A stretch of 64,000 nucleotides of DNA from Eledone cirrhosa (Eukaryota), in contig OZ024743.1 of NCBI GenBank assembly GCA_964016885.1, forward strand, positions 192,448,001 to 192,512,000, written 5' to 3'. A program made the translations under genes and the position numbers. This document shows, piece by piece, positions 1-14,556 of this stretch. How positions within the stretch are numbered: position 1 is the stretch's first letter; each line of letters starts with the position of its first letter. The notes beneath the pieces are model-generated. The model saw only the letters and a program-made list of their open reading frames with translations. It ran no database searches and was not told where the DNA came from.

Positions 1-692
1 AGTAATCCCAGTAGAAGGCAGCCACAGTAGAGGAAGACCCGAATGAAGTGGTGAGAGCTGATCTCAGATTGCTAAAGCTTACAGAGATAAAGGAATGCAA
101 CAAATGGAGAGATGCTGTACTGAGAAGGACCAGTCCAACCATGCAAGCGTGGAACAACAGATATAAAATGATGATGATGATGATAATGATGAGTTCAACA
201 AAAAAAACCTATCATAGAGCAACTAATATTTTGATAGCTTGTGACTGTCAGTCGGGTAATGGAACCTGGGTTTGACAATGATTTTACCAAGTTGCTTCTG
301 GCGAAAGTACCATTGCAGGATAAGGGGTTTACCATCTTGAAACAGGAAGCTTGTGATAATGTCTAGCCTTTTGCCATCATGCGGTCCTTTTTGAAACAAT
401 GATTTACAGCTGAATGTCCGTCTTACAATCTGCAGATATACAGTATTACTATTCTAAACCAGATACACATGGTAGAAGCTAACACCTGATTTAGCAAGGA
501 AAATGGCTTTAAAACACTTGTTGTTACACAGAAATTCAGACTAATTCGATTACTATATTTTAGTTATTTTCCTTGATTTTGTTTTAAAATTTATGCTGTG
601 AATTTTCCCAACTGAACTAAAAAAGTATGTCCCTTACTCTAAAGTCCATCATGTCACCCATTAACATGCATAGTCAATAAATCATCTCTTAC

Positions 693-807
693 CTCAGTTT
701 TCAGGTACTCGCCAACATTACTGATGTAAAGTGTTATTGCTACAAGTTGGAATGTGTACAAAACAAGCATTGCAAGCCAAAAGGATTTGGATGTTTGCTG
801 TATCCAC
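693..807 (-). CDS. PHTF: PHTF coding exon 5 (WIQQTSKSFWLAMLVLYTFQLVAITLYISNVGEYLKTE), first transmembrane segment; gene continues beyond the left edge
   Basis: ttttctag|...|gtaag, 115 bp, phase 2/0; matches PHTF WWLQVTS...LLVLYLLQ. Confidence 0.93.
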
Positions 808-1266
808 CTAGAAAAAACAAATTGTTAAACAGTAAATTCACCATTCATATTTATACAGAAGGACACATATTTAGAGTAGAATGTAATGTCATGAGAAACA
901 TGATTTTCTCAAGACATCATTGATGAACATCTTATTGTAACATTACTGAGATAGGAAATGAATTTGTATGTGTGTAAATTATAAAGAGTTACAAACAGAT
1001 ATATATATAAATAAATTGGCATCAGGAAGAGCATCCAGCCATAGAAACCAAGCCAGAATCAGTTCTGTATGAGCAAGACACGGTCATCTGATCTGGTTTA
1101 TCTCACAATGGGACAACTTGTCTAACCCATGCTAGCATGGAAAAAAGGACATTAAATGATGATGCTGATACAAACACACATGGCATATTATTATGGTGGA
1201 TGCTCAGCCTGAGTGAGAAATTGAAATTAATTCTGTATTATAGAAATGAATACCAAGACAACTCAC

Positions 1267-1363
1267 CATTTGTAATAGAGTGGGAAAAACATTACTCGTA
1301 AGACAGCACGTTGGGTAATCCTTGTCCAAGGAACCTGGGGCTTAGCTTTAGTGAATGTAGAGC
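1267..1363 (-). CDS. PHTF: PHTF coding exon 4 (GSTFTKAKPQVPWTRITQRAVLRVMFFPLYYKW)
   Basis: catacag|...|gtgagt, 97 bp, phase 1/2; matches PHTF GSAFAKAKPESPW...RVVFFP. Confidence 0.95.
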
Positions 1364-2002
1364 CTGTATGGAAATTAAAATTAAACAATAAGAATTTTTT
1401 AAACTATTAACTTCATCTTTAAAAATGAAAAAGATTTCAGAATTACTTAAATATTGTTTCGATTTTGATTGATCTACTTGATTTTTTAAAATAAAATCAT
1501 GTTTGTAACATAAATCATAACTGTTCAATTAACGATTAACTACCATTCTTTTACACCTGATGGAAGGGGCATCACCTATTGGTTAGAATGCTGGACTCAT
1601 AGTCATAAGGTCACGAGTTCTGTTTCTGGACTAGGCAGTGCATTGTGTTCTGCAGCAAGATGCTCCATTTCACATTGCTTCTCATGATAGGACTATGGCT
1701 CCTATCATTAAAATATCCGAGAAACCTTCTATAAGAAGCCAGCTAAATCTACATAGGTATAAGCTGTAAATTTTGTTTTTTCAATATATTTTACACCTTG
1801 ACTGCCATGCCTAGCAATTCTTCCTTCAACAATCATCATCCATATGCATAGCATGTCTATACCAGCACAAACCTCTTGCAGATTACATCTGATTTGCCAA
1901 ATGTCCAGTTTTTCCTTCAACTCATCTGTGCTTCTTCATTCATGTACACTAACATTACACATACAGCATAACTAATTCCTTTTAACTTTAAATTACTCTT
2001 AC

Positions 2003-2072
2003 CTCGCACCAAGTCAACATCTATGAATTCCGTCTTCATCCGACCAATTCTTCGAGGAACATTACTTATTGA
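2003..2072 (-). CDS. PHTF: PHTF coding exon 3 (SISNVPRRIGRMKTEFIDVDLVR)
   Basis: tttttcag|...|gtaag, 70 bp, phase 0/1; matches the PHTF IDVDLVRG motif. Confidence 0.95.
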
Positions 2073-3216
2073 CTGAAAAAATATAGAAAAAATAAATCAT
2101 ATTACATAATCATAAAATGTAGGATATGTAGAACAAATGGAAAGTTGTAATATTTAAGCCTATTCCAAGGGTATAAGGAATGTAGCAATAAAATATTTCC
2201 AACTGAGGAAGAGTGCTGAATTTGCATATATAAACACAAACATGCATTAATTGGAGATGTATATAGTGTACACGTGGAGTCTAAGTCTAAAGTCTGTCTT
2301 AAGCCAGAAGGCTCGTTAAGCTGGAACTTATCCCAGTTTCATGGTGTGAAGCAACTGAGAGTACAAGACTCCCCCACTGGACAGGACGCCAGTCGCATCG
2401 CAGGGTTAAACTCCCAGTTATTGCTGGTACTCATTTTCAGCTGAGTATACTGGAGCAACGTGAAATGAAGTGTTTTACTCAAGAACACAACACACAACCC
2501 AGCCCAGGAATCGAACCCATGACATTATGATCGTAAGTACAACACCCTTACCACAAGGCCGCACGCCTCCACTATATGTGTAGACAACTTCAGAATGTAA
2601 AAACAATGCACCCATAGATATGAATTAACCATATATCTCTTCTGAGATCATCATCATCATCATTTTACATGTTATTCCATGCTTCCAAGGGTTGGACGAG
2701 TCCTCAGTACAGCATATCTCCATTTATCATGTCCCTTTATTATCTCCTCCGTGAGCTTTAGCAGTCTAAGATCAGCTCTCACCATTTCCATCCAGATCTT
2801 CTTCTTCTTACTCTACTGCAGCTTCCTCAAGAGAATAAATCCCAGATAAAGTAGTTGGCTTGATATAATCTACTAAAACACTTGAATATGGCTGCAAACC
2901 AATGGCTGACTTGGCAGCATGTACAGTGCTTTCATCGTGGATTTTAAGTGCTTATGTAGTTGTGAGCAGAACCCAACACCCTCTAAACCTACTCACAGTT
3001 GATTCAGCAGAATATCCAAGATGCTACAGCTGGAAGGGGAGGAGGCTGCACTAGGCTCACACTTTCTTGACTGACACCAAAAGGATAAAAAGCAAAGTAG
3101 ATCTCAGCATTTGAACTGAGAGCACAGAAAACTGAAACAAATATTCTATGCTCTAATGTCTGCCAAAATAAATATCAAATATGTGTGCATGTGTATATAT
3201 ATATATATATATATAA

Positions 3217-3710
3217 CTGACTGGCACAGCAGTGTCATTGTAAATTGCTACAAGGACAAAAGAGATGCTCTAGAGAGAAGTAATTTCAAAGCAGCATCAA
3301 ATTGATAAACCTGGTCATGAAAGTTACTGAAACAGTTACCGTGCAACTAATTAAAGACAGAAACAAGTTAGATGAGACGCTGTTTGACTTTATGTCAGGT
3401 AAAGGTACTGTTGATGCCTTCTTCCTAGTGAGGCAACAGCAGAATTACTTGAGTAAACCTCTGTATCTGGCTTTTGCAGATTTGGAGAAGGCCTTTGGGA
3501 GGGGACCTCACTCTGCAAGAAAGCTAGATGTAGGTAAATAGCTCATGAGGGCTGTGTAAGCCATGTAAAAAGGTCAACCAGCAAGATGAGAGTTGGCCAT
3601 AGTTACTGTGATGTATTTGAAGTGCATGTGGGGGTCCACCAGGGTTTATTCTTCAGTCCATTTCCGTTTACCATTGTCCTTCAGCTCATAACTGAGGAGT
3701 TTAAAATTGG
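3217..3710 (+). mobile_element. RTE LINE RT fragment
   Basis: GKGTVDAFF, LYLAFADLEKAF, GVHQG; multiple frameshifts. Confidence 0.8.
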
Positions 3711-6700
3711 AAAAAGATTCTTCTAACTAATGCAAGCATGTAAAAGCGGATGTAAAACAATGATGATGATGTGTGTATGTGTGTTTGTGTGTGTATTATA
3801 TATGTACTAAAATCTTTTTCAACACGCAGATGCATATCTGTATATGTGTGTGCATGTGCATATGCATACATTTATATGTATGAGTATATAAATATAAATA
3901 CGCAAACACAGACACACTTACAAAAATACACACTCAGACATACATTCACACAAATACACAAACATTCACACAAGCACACACACACATACACAAACATTTA
4001 CACAAACACACACTCACACAAAGCGTAGCAAATGGAACGCCAGCTGCTATTTTGCTATAGTTTTTTCCCCATCCCTTTTCTTCCTTTCACACACACATAA
4101 ATTCACACAAACATACACACACAAACATGCTGTGACAGATGGAAGTCACTCAAATTTATATATAGATATATAAATGCAATGAAATATTTTTTTTAAATGA
4201 AGGGTAGACTGTATGATGCCTGTGTACGAACTACAATGTTACATGGCAGTGAAACATGGGATGTAAAGTGATTGGTGATAGGAAGGGCATCCTGGTGTAG
4301 AAAACCTGTCAGACAAAGGGTTGGGAAGACCCTCCAGTCATGTCAATGACCTGACAACCTCCATAGTGTTGGTGATTTACATGATAAACACACCCAGTAC
4401 ACACTGTAAAGTGGTTCGTGATAGGAAGGACATCCAGCCATAGAAATGATGCCAAACAAAGGGTTGGGAAGACACTCAATTGTGTCAAAGCCTCTCTTGT
4501 GTCAAACCTCTCCTGAGCACTGGATGGACCATGAAACCGTACATAAGTGAGACACAGATCCCTGGCTTGCTTGGGAGATCAGTGGCTTTGTGGGAAAAGC
4601 AGACGTTAAAACAACAATAATGATGATGATTACTAAATCAGGGACAAATTATTGAACAGTCATCAAATGCTATTAAACTATTAATGAAATCATTATTATT
4701 TGCAGTTAAACAATAAATGAAGTACATAAGTTTTTATACATAGACTAACATAATCTACAGAGTAAATCTAGATTTTAAGTAAAACTTTATCTTTCAATGA
4801 TAAGCTACAAAAACAAAATTGAGAAGAACGAACCCCTCTGATACCATACAGTCTGACACTGCACTTGATTCTACAATACAAAGCTGCTTGTTTTAAAGTG
4901 TTCATAATTATATTAAAATTTTCCATCATAATTTTATGTAAGAACTTTGTTAAGTTATGCTCCGAACAACTTAAAAACGAAAAACTTATTTTACTATATC
5001 CTCCCACCCACCAAAATAGTTCATTATTTTCAAAATTTATTGAAAATCATATGCAGTGTATTTCATTAGAAATATGGTAACTAAATGATTAACCCTTTTA
5101 ATATGGAACAAGCTGAAACTGCCTCTGGTTCTATGATAAAACAAACAAAAAGATAAATGCGTATATATTTATCTTAAACCCCTCCACCATAAGTTTATGT
5201 AAAATTAAATTATGTTCCAAACACCAGCTTAATAAAGTTATTTATATTACTAAACCCCTCCAAATTCTTGATTATTTTCTAAATTAATTGAAAGTTATAG
5301 GCAGTATATTTCATTAGAATGAAAAGGTTACAGTGACTTTTATGTACCTATAAACAATTCTGTTCATACAAAATATTCTCATTCTGCATAAACTAATACA
5401 CACATGCAAACTTGTCATAAAATATGTGACGATAATTTCTAAATGATTTTTGCTTTCATTTTTTGTTCCTAAATTGTCTTTTTTTTTTAAACAAAAATGA
5501 AATTAAGAAATGCAAACCTACCATGAATGAGTTTACCTTCATATTTAAGACATTTATGTTAACTTAAATATATACATATATATCTCAAAAGTGTTACTGA
5601 CTAACTAACAAAAAATAAAAAAAAGAAACAAAACAATTCAGGAAATGGTGATAGTGGTCAGATAGAAAAAAACAGGACACGGATAAATATTTGTCATTTG
5701 TTTTTGAATATTTAGGTTTTTCCTGTGAGGACTCCACAAGTTTCAGTAAGAGAATAAATAGTAATATAGAGCAAGAACGGAAGGAAGAGAGCATAAGTGG
5801 GACATGTGGAAAATGAGACCAATAGAGAGTGGCAGAGAGGGAGGGAGGAAGGAATATTACGAAATTAGAATGAGAGTTATTCACAACACTACAAGAGGAG
5901 TGTATAGCAAACAACATCAACACCATCATGTCCTACAAATAAAACGTCATTTCAGGCTTAAACTATCGTCATATAAAACATATATCTGCATTTACATAAA
6001 TATATACATAAGCCTACGAACATCCTAGATACATGTGTATTTATACAAATACATACATAAGCACACAAACACATACATGCATCTGTTTTTACACAAATAC
6101 ATACATAAACACACAAACCTATACATACGTCTGTACATAAGCACACGAACATATGCAAACATCTGTAAATACACAAACATATACATAAGCAAACAGACAT
6201 CCTACACTTGACCTGCTTCTTCTCTTTAAGATTTTAGGATAGATCAGTCAGATAGAAAGCAGCAGTAATATTTGATAAATCCTCCATAGTTTGTTTATAG
6301 TTATAAATACTTGCTTTTTTTCTTCTTTGTTATTTAAAATATTTCAACTTAATTTAAATGGCAGTGCAAATAAATTCAATAATTTCAAAGGGAACAAGAT
6401 ATAGGCAGTATCTATTTCATATATATCATCATCATCATCATCATTTATTGTCCATCTTCCATGCTAGCATGAGTTAGATGGGTCGTCCCATTTGAGGCAA
6501 GTTGGGTCAGATGACCGTTTCTTGCTCATACAGGATTGTTTCTGGCTTGATTTCTCCGGCAGGGTGCCCTTCCTAACGCCAACCACATTTACAGTGAGTG
6601 CTGGGTGCTTTTTGTTGTGACACCTACACAACCATTTTACAGTGTGAGCTGGGTGCTTTTTGTCGTGACACCTACACGACTACTTTACAGTGTGGGCTGA

Positions 6701-7667
6701 TATATTTTGTTCATAGTGTAAGGGTGGTGTGGACAGGAGTGGGTGGGTTGTGGTATATATGTATATATATATTCTCTATCTGTCCACTGCCACCGCCTCT
6801 CACACTCTCATCTGCAAGAAAATAGCTTCTAATTAGATGTTGAATGATAATTATACAAGAACAACACACAACAGTGTTTTAAGGTCATTTTCCCGGTCAA
6901 TGCAGGGGTTAGCCCTGCAGGCCCCATGACAGGCTTCATACTCATCAATGGAGTCCTTTCTGAGGCAATGTTTCACAGATGGATACCCTTCCTGGCACCA
7001 TCCCGTTTAGTCACCTCTTACAATATACAGGAATAAGGTGAACCTATTCTAACCCAGACACACTCGTTGAATAATAATAATAATAATTGTTTCTACTTTT
7101 GGCACAAGGCCAGCAATTACCCAATGCATTACTGATACTTATTTTATCGACCCCGTAAGGATGAAAGGCAAAGTTAACCTCAGCGGCATTTGAACTCAGA
7201 ATGGCAAGAGCCATAACTCTATGCATGGCGTCCGACCCTCTACCAATAATAATAAAAATGTGGAATAACAATTTCTCAAGATAATTTTTGTTATCAATTT
7301 ACAGTAGTGGCAACTAATCCGATAAAAACTAGTGTCAAGGTAACAACCTAACATTCAAATAAGTTATACATACGTAACTGACAGAGGAAATAGCACATTG
7401 GATTTTTTCTAGTGGAAGGAGTGTATATCGTTGACATTAGGTCAGACCTAGATAATAGACAGCAACAAGAACTGATTTTTTTATGTAGCAGATATATTTA
7501 GTTCATAGTAGTTACTAGGTAACTAGTAGTGAAAGCACATGGTCTAGTAGTTAGTGTGTTGGGCTTCTGATCAGAAGGTCGTGGGTTTGATTAACATTGC
7601 TCCACTTCACTCAGCTAAAAATGAGTACCAGCGGGAGCAGGGGTTAGCCCCAAGATGGACTGGCACA

Positions 7668-8767
7668 CGCATTTCACAATGCAACAGCCAATTCTCCATT
7701 TCAAAAAATGCTTGCTGAGTACATAACAAGGATCTGTTCTTGGTCCCCTTTTGTTTGTGGCATATATTAATGACATAGATGCCAACTTAAAGAATGCCAC
7801 GGTACTGAAATATGCAGATGACATCAAGCTGTACCTTGAAATCAAAAGGACTGATCCTGAAATCTACAACTCTTTCCTACAATCAGACCTGGACACAATG
7901 CAGCAATGGATCACAGACTGGCAACTGAAGCTGGCTGTGGACAAGTGTACCACCATGCATTTTGGGAGGAAAAATCCAGCGTCCACATGCTCCCTCCAAA
8001 ACACTGATATCAAGAAGTCCTCTTGTGAATGTGACCTGGGCATTACTGTCAGCAGCGATTTGCGTTGGACAAAGCATGTCTCTAAGATTGTCAAGAAGGC
8101 CGAGGGTGTCTTGGCATCACTCATCAAGACCTTTGTTAGCCGCTCTCCAGCCATCTATTTAAAGCTGTATACAGCTATGGTATGACCACACATGGAATTC
8201 GCATCATCAGTCTGGAACCCCTATCTTGCTCAGAACATTGACCTCCTGGAAACTGTTCAGAGACGTGCAACCAAGCGCATACCCTCCATCAGACACCTAT
8301 CATACTCTGAACGCCTTGTTTTCCTGGGCATGGATTCATTGAAGCTCCGACGTCTGGCAATGGACTTGGTAAACACCCACAAAGTTATTAACCATCTCGC
8401 CAACAAACAACCCTGAGCACCTTTTTGATCTCCATGTGTCTAACACATGTGGACATGCCTACAAAATCAGAAAACAGCACAGCTCCCATGACTTTCGTAA
8501 ACATTTTTTCACGCTCAGAGTTGCTGAAGCATGGAACAAACTGCCTGCGTCAGTTGTTAGCTGCCAAGACACTGCATCCTTTAAAACCCTCATGCTTCCC
8601 AAAATACGCCAAAACTACACCTGATGTACCCCTTTCATACACATGACTCGTGCACTGTTCATTTTCCTTACGTTTGTACATTACCCTATGTACTATACAT
8701 ACACTTTTTGATGAGTTGTAGTGCACCTGAGCACTGTACACAATATTTCATTATTATTATTATTATA
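7668..8767 (+). mobile_element. 5'-truncated CR1/L2-group LINE (RT C-terminal half, 3' UTR, (TTA)n tail)
   Basis: QGSVLGPLLF, YADD, KCTTMHFG, WNPY, LETVQRRATK, FFTLRVAEAWNKLP; broken by stops. Confidence 0.9.
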
Positions 8768-9907
8768 TACGATTTGAGTTCAAATCCCGCCGAGGTTGAC
8801 TTTGCCTTTCATCCTTACGGGGTCGATAAAATAAAGTACCAGTAATGCACTGAGTAATTGCTGGCCTTGTGCCTAAAGTAGAAACAATTATTATTATTAA
8901 TATTATTATTATTTTATAATAACCCCTCCAGTGGTAGAGCTGCAATAAAATGCACTCAGTACACTCTGTAAAGTAGTAGTGCTTATACCACAATAAAATG
9001 TATCCAGTACACGCTGGAGAGTGGTAGTGCTACTGCCATGATGAAATTCATGTAGTACACTCTGTAAAGTGGTAGTGCTGGTGTGTATGATAAAATGCAC
9101 CTAGCACACTCTGTAAAATGGATGGCATTAGGAAGGGCATCTAAAAACCATGCCAAAATATAGAAGGTTATTGTTATCAAACCCATCTTATCACCCAGCC
9201 AACCCATGCCAATATGGAAAGCAGGCATAAAGTGATGATGATGAAGCGTCACATTTTAAGTCCTTAACATTAAGACAGCATAACCAGAGAATAAAAGAGT
9301 AAAGGATAGAATATCAATCTAACAAAGTCTGACTAAAGTAGACTCCAGAAAAATGAAATCAAAGAATCAACAACAAACATCTTAAGACCATTTTCCCTGC
9401 AAAAACTGGGGTTTGCCTTGTGCAGAACCCATGACAAACATCTTCATTTTGCCCTATCAATTGCATCTCTCCTCATCAATCCCCTAATTTTCATTTCTTC
9501 CTCCATCATCTTTAGCCATGTCTTTCTGGGTCTTCCCTCTACTTCCTTCCACATTCATTTCCAACCTCAACACATGATCCAGCCATCTGATTTCATTTCC
9601 CTTCAAAACATTCATTACTGACTGTTTTCCCATTATCCTTTGCAATTCGTTATTTGTCTTCTTCTCTCTGAGCAATACACTGCTCATCCACAAAACCATT
9701 CTTATTTCCTTTCTTTCCAATCTTCTCTGCTGCTCAATGTTTATCATCCATAATAATCCTGAAGAATGATGTATGGAAATAATTACAGTAATATATATTG
9801 TTTGGTGTACTACTGTTTCAGTCAACTTCATAAGCTGTCATTATAGACCAAATGTTATTAGCATCATTTTAGAATTATCAGATAAACAAACTAAGATAAA
9901 TACATAC

Positions 9908-9964
9908 CTTATAAAGTTTTTGTTCCACTGATCGTTCCCACAGCTGCTTATCATAAGAGCCAAT
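9908..9964 (-). CDS. PHTF: PHTF coding exon 2 (IGSYDKQLWERSVEQKLYK)
   Basis: catccag|...|gtatgt, 57 bp, phase 0/0; matches PHTF IGAYDQQIWEKSVEQ. Confidence 0.95.
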
Positions 9965-10402
9965 CTGGATGAAGAAAATTAAGCTTAGTATATACATAAT
10001 TTATAACACAGGCACAATGTGTTGGAAGGCAGCAAAACAATTGATTAAATCAACCCTAGTACCTGACTGGAACTTATTATCCCTAGTATCTGACTGGTAT
10101 ATATTTTATCAACCCCAGTAGTACCTGTCTAGTGCATATTACCCCTAGTATTTGATTGGTACATATTTTATAAACCCCAGCACTTGACTAATACTTATTT
10201 TATCAACCAGCATAAAAAGAGCAAAGTGAACCCAAGTAGGATTTGAAATCAATACAGAAAGGGTTAAATTTATGCACAAAGAGATATGTGGATGGTAATA
10301 TCAGAAGTGCTGACTAAAATATCTTTTTATTATAAAAAGACATTTTGATACCAAACTGCCTGAAATCACTTCCTGGTTCTACAATATAAAACTTTATTTT
10401 AA

Positions 10403-10622
10403 CCCTTTAGCATTCACATTACTCTATATATACTATTATATTTTCATGGTAAATGCTTTATTTCACATAATTATCTCACATAAAATCGAATCTATGAGAT
10501 TTTGAAAGTATTTATTTTGAGAACAATACCTTAACATCAGTTTGAGTGACCAGTTACAGCCAGTTTCAACTGAAAAAGGTAGAGAATTCTGGCCAGTTTT
10601 GACCGGTTTGAACATTAAAGGG
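10403..10622. mobile_element. piggyBac-type MITE, same family, nested in an older AT-rich MITE (about 10340-10825)
   Basis: TTAA|CCCTTTAG...TAAAGGG|TTAA; internal similarity to 31051-31258. Confidence 0.8.
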
Positions 10623-11263
10623 TTAATGTGTTCATACCTATAAACCTTCCATCAGAAGGTTATGTTAGAACATTTCTTATATTATATTCTGATCACTAGC
10701 TTATTAGTTTGTTAATGAGAAAGTTCATCATATTACTAAAGCCTTCCATATTCTTGATTATTTTCAAAATAATATGTACCTATAGGCAGTGTTTCTCATA
10801 AGAAATATGCTAATGAAAAGGTTAAGAAAGTACATGGACTCGCATCAAATGAAATTTTTACAAATTAAGTTTATTAAAAATATGTGTACTAGGAATTAAC
10901 TAAAAAGCTGATCAAGCAAAATTTGTAAACCAGAGAGTAACAAATTTAATTAATTTTTTTAATAGCCTGTACCACATGAAACCACATTGGTAAAACATTC
11001 TTGAAAAGTACAAAACAACATTATGACTGCATCACATTAAAAATTCATCTTGATTTTAGTTTACTGCAAATTTTCACAATGATCTGTCCACCAGTAAAGA
11101 TACTATAAACATTTGAATTAACAAACCTGTTTTTAGATAATTTCTGCTAAATAATTATATGATGTTGAAAGTTAAACTAGTTACACAAAATATGGCACTT
11201 GGAAATATTAAGAATATTGATTTCTAGGGCAGCAAATTTGTGGGGGAAGGCAAAGTTGATTAA

Positions 11264-11809
11264 CCCTTTAATATTTAAACCAGCCATATCTGGCCAGAAT
11301 TCTCTCACCTCTTCCTGTTCAAACCGGCCATAACTGACTACTTATACTGATGTTAAGGTATTGTTCTCAAAATAAATAATATCAAAATCTCATAAAATGT
11401 TTACTGTGAAAATATAATGGTATATAAATAAAAAATAAAGCCCCACTCGGTCACGAATGACCATGGTTTTGCACCTAGAAAGTTTCCCTTTGAGGCACAA
11501 GCCTGGGTAAGGTTCGTTTTGTGGAAAACCAGTCGTCGCCCATGCATACCAGTCTCCCCTTTCCATGCCACCTATGTTGTCCAAGGGAAAGGCAATGACT
11601 GATACAGCTTGGCACCAGTGATGTCGCAACTCATTTCTACAGCTGAGTAAACTGGAGCAACATGAAATAAAGTGTCTTGCTCAAGGACACAATGCATCAC
11701 TCGGTCCAAGAATCAAACTCACAACCTCTCAATTGCAAGCCTAATGCTCTAACCACTAAACCATGCACCTTCATAATAGTATATATAGAGTAATGTAAAT
11801 GGTAAAGGG
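11264..11809. mobile_element. piggyBac-type MITE interrupted by a SINE (about 11436-11772) and itself inside another SINE
   Basis: TTAA duplication with CCCTTTA/TAAAGGG ends; the flanks rejoin into a SINE body. Confidence 0.8.
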
Positions 11810-13257
11810 TTAAATCAACCCCAGTATTTGACTAGTACTTTATTTTATCAACCCCAGAAGGATGAAAGACAAAGTTGACCATGGCAGGATTGATCTCAGA
11901 ATGTCAAAGAGCCAGAACAAATACTGCAATGACATTTTATCTGATGCTCTACCAATTCTGCCAATCCACCGCCCAAATGAAAATATTGAGAATATTGCAA
12001 ACAAATATGGTGTTTTTTAGGACTTTGATCTACTTCCAATATCAAGTTTGTATGTACTATAGAACAATACTTAATTCATAAACAGTTCCATTTTTTAAAG
12101 TGAAGGCATATGAAGGCACGTAGCCTAATGGTAAGGGTGTTGGACTTACAATCATAGTGTCGTGGGTTTCATTCCCATGCTGGGTTGCATGTTGTGTTCT
12201 TGAGCAAAACATTTCCCATTACTCCAGTACACTCAGCGTAAAATGAGTACCAGCGATAGCTGGGGATTTAACCCTGCGATAGACTGGTATCCTGTCCAGG
12301 GGAAGTCTTGTACTCTCAGTCACTTCACGTCATGAATCCAGGATAAGCACCAGTCTAACGAGCCTTCTGGCTTAAGACAGACTTTTAGACATGTGTGGCT
12401 TGGTTGTTAGGGTGTTGGGCTTATGAACATAAGTAGTGGGTTTGATTCTCAGACCAAGTAACGTGTTGACTCTTTGAACAAAGTGATCCACTTAGCCAAA
12501 CATGAATACTAGCAGCAGTTGGGGCTTAACTCTGAGATGGACTGGCATCCCATCCAGGTGAAAAGGTGTGTACCCTCTTATTGAATGACCTTGAAAGCAG
12601 AATAAGCTCGGAGCTTTGTTCACCTGTGCAAGCATGCAAAATCTGAAGTATGTTCACACTAACATTAAAAAAACAAACAAAACAAACAAAACAATCATCA
12701 TCATCATTTAACATTTGTTTTCCCTGCTAGCAAGTGTTGGACAAGTCAAATATCAAGTCAGTATTTGTCACTACAGACCTCTTAAAGAGGCCAGGGGTTA
12801 CATCTCCTTTACATGTTACCATACTCGATCAAGCTCACCAAGTATATTTTAGCAAGGCACAAACACTAAGGAGGTTGTTATGCCTTTGACTGAAGAATCC
12901 TCTTGACACTTTGTTTGGTAAGTTTTCTATGGCTGGATGCACTCCCAATCATTCATTTAGATACTATATTAGCTATTTTACATTACTATATCCTAAAAAA
13001 TTCTGAAAAAATGTGTATATTAGGACCAGAGGACCTTTCAATTATGTCAAGGGTACCACAACCTCTCTAGTGTTGGTGCCATCATAAATGCACCCACTAC
13101 AATCTGTAAAGTGGTTGTAATAGGAAAAGCATCCAGCCATAGAAAACTTGCCAAACAAAGGGTCAAGAGAACTCATCAGTTGTGGCAAGAGAATAACAAT
13201 CTCTTTAGTTTTAGTGCAACAATAAAATGCATCCAATACACACTATAGAGTACACTA

Positions 13258-13600
13258 TGAAGATGCATAGCTTAGGGATTAGAGTGTTGGGCTTGCAATC
13301 ATAAGGTTGTGAGTTCAATTCCAGGACCAAGTAATGTGTTGTGTCCTTTAGCAAAGCACTTTATTTTACATTGCTCCAATTTACTCAACTGTAGAAATGA
13401 ATTGCGACGTCACTGGTGCCAAGCTGTATCAGTCATTGCCTTTCCCTTGGACAACATCGGTGGCATGGAGAGGGGAAACTGGTATGAATGGGTTACGACT
13501 GGTCTTCCACAAACAACCTTGCCTAGACATGTGCCTCAGAGGGGAAATGTCTAGGTGCAAATCTCATGGTCATTCTTGACCGAAAGGGGCCTTTATTTTT
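13258..13600 (+). mobile_element. tRNA-type SINE, family B
   Basis: tRNA-like head followed by a conserved ttgagcaagacactttatttcacattgctcca-type core. Copies at 1563-1700, 2290-2572(-), 7530-7665, 11436-11772(-), 12112-12590, 18385-18655, 26925-27070(-), 30260-30400, 32617-32760(-), 50655-50770. Confidence 0.8.
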
Positions 13601-14069
13601 TACACACTATGGAGTACAAAAACATATGTGAGATCCACCCTGGTCTGTCTGAGAGGTCTGTGGCTCCCGCTAAGTACTGACTAGGATTATGATAGCTGCC
13701 CAACCTTTGTAATCAGAGAGAACAAATGTTAAATGATTATGGTGATAATAATAGCTATATTAGTTACCATAACTAATAATAAAAAATAGGTATATCAACA
13801 TGGATCAACCTATATGGAATTTATGAGAAATACATGCTGTGGTAATATTGATTTTTTTATTCAGTACAAAGCTATTTTTTTTAAGGTGGGTTAGCTATTA
13901 CATAACTTTCATCGAGTAAGATTAAGAATTTTTAATGAAAATTTCAAGGATTCCAACTTTAAACCAAGTGGCACCATTCATGTATTTAGTTTTGTGAGCT
14001 ACTTTTATACAGAGAGAGAAAGAAAGGTGAGAGTGAGAGTAAGAGAGAAAAGGAGAGAAATACTCTTAC

Positions 14070-14132
14070 CCTTTTTTGATAACAAGCTATTATATCATGG
14101 ATCTTGAGCATGGCTCCCAGTTTGGGTACCAT
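14070..14132 (-). CDS. PHTF: PHTF orthologue, first coding exon (MVPKLGAMLKIHDIIACYQKR); whole exon 14070-14181
   Basis: Acceptor ttttatag ending at 14182 and donor AGG|gtaag at 14069. An in-frame TGA lies upstream of the ATG at 14132. IIACYQKR matches the PHTF N-terminus (AIVWYQKK, recalled from the vertebrate protein). A second in-frame ATG is at 14111. Confidence 0.85.
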
Positions 14133-14556
14133 GGAGAAAATTCCACTCTGCCACCAAAAATTTCAACAATATATACTTTCCCTATAAAAAAAAAGAAAGA
14201 AAGAAAATAAAACGCTATTTGAAAGGGGGAAAATGTATTGGCATATTTTAAAATTTTATTTCAAAAGTTGCATTTCGAATACATTAAAAAATAAATAAAT
14301 AAATTAATTAAACAAAAAAAAATACTGAGGATAATTTTTTCATTTTTTTTTATAGAAACATAAGTGCAAGTAGACAACCTACATATATACACACACTAGC
14401 TCACCCGTTTACAAATCCTTACAACTGTCTTGACTCAAACAAAAGTCGTCACTTTGTTAGTGACCAGTTTAAATTCTGCAAATAACTTAACTAAATCACA
14501 AATGCACGCATGCATGTCGCCCACTCAAACACATGCATACCTATATACATGAAGGC

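Noticed and set aside
1292-1528. 78-aa ORF overlapping PHTF exon 4
   Set aside because: Wrong frame and mostly intronic; the spliced frame gives the PHTF match.
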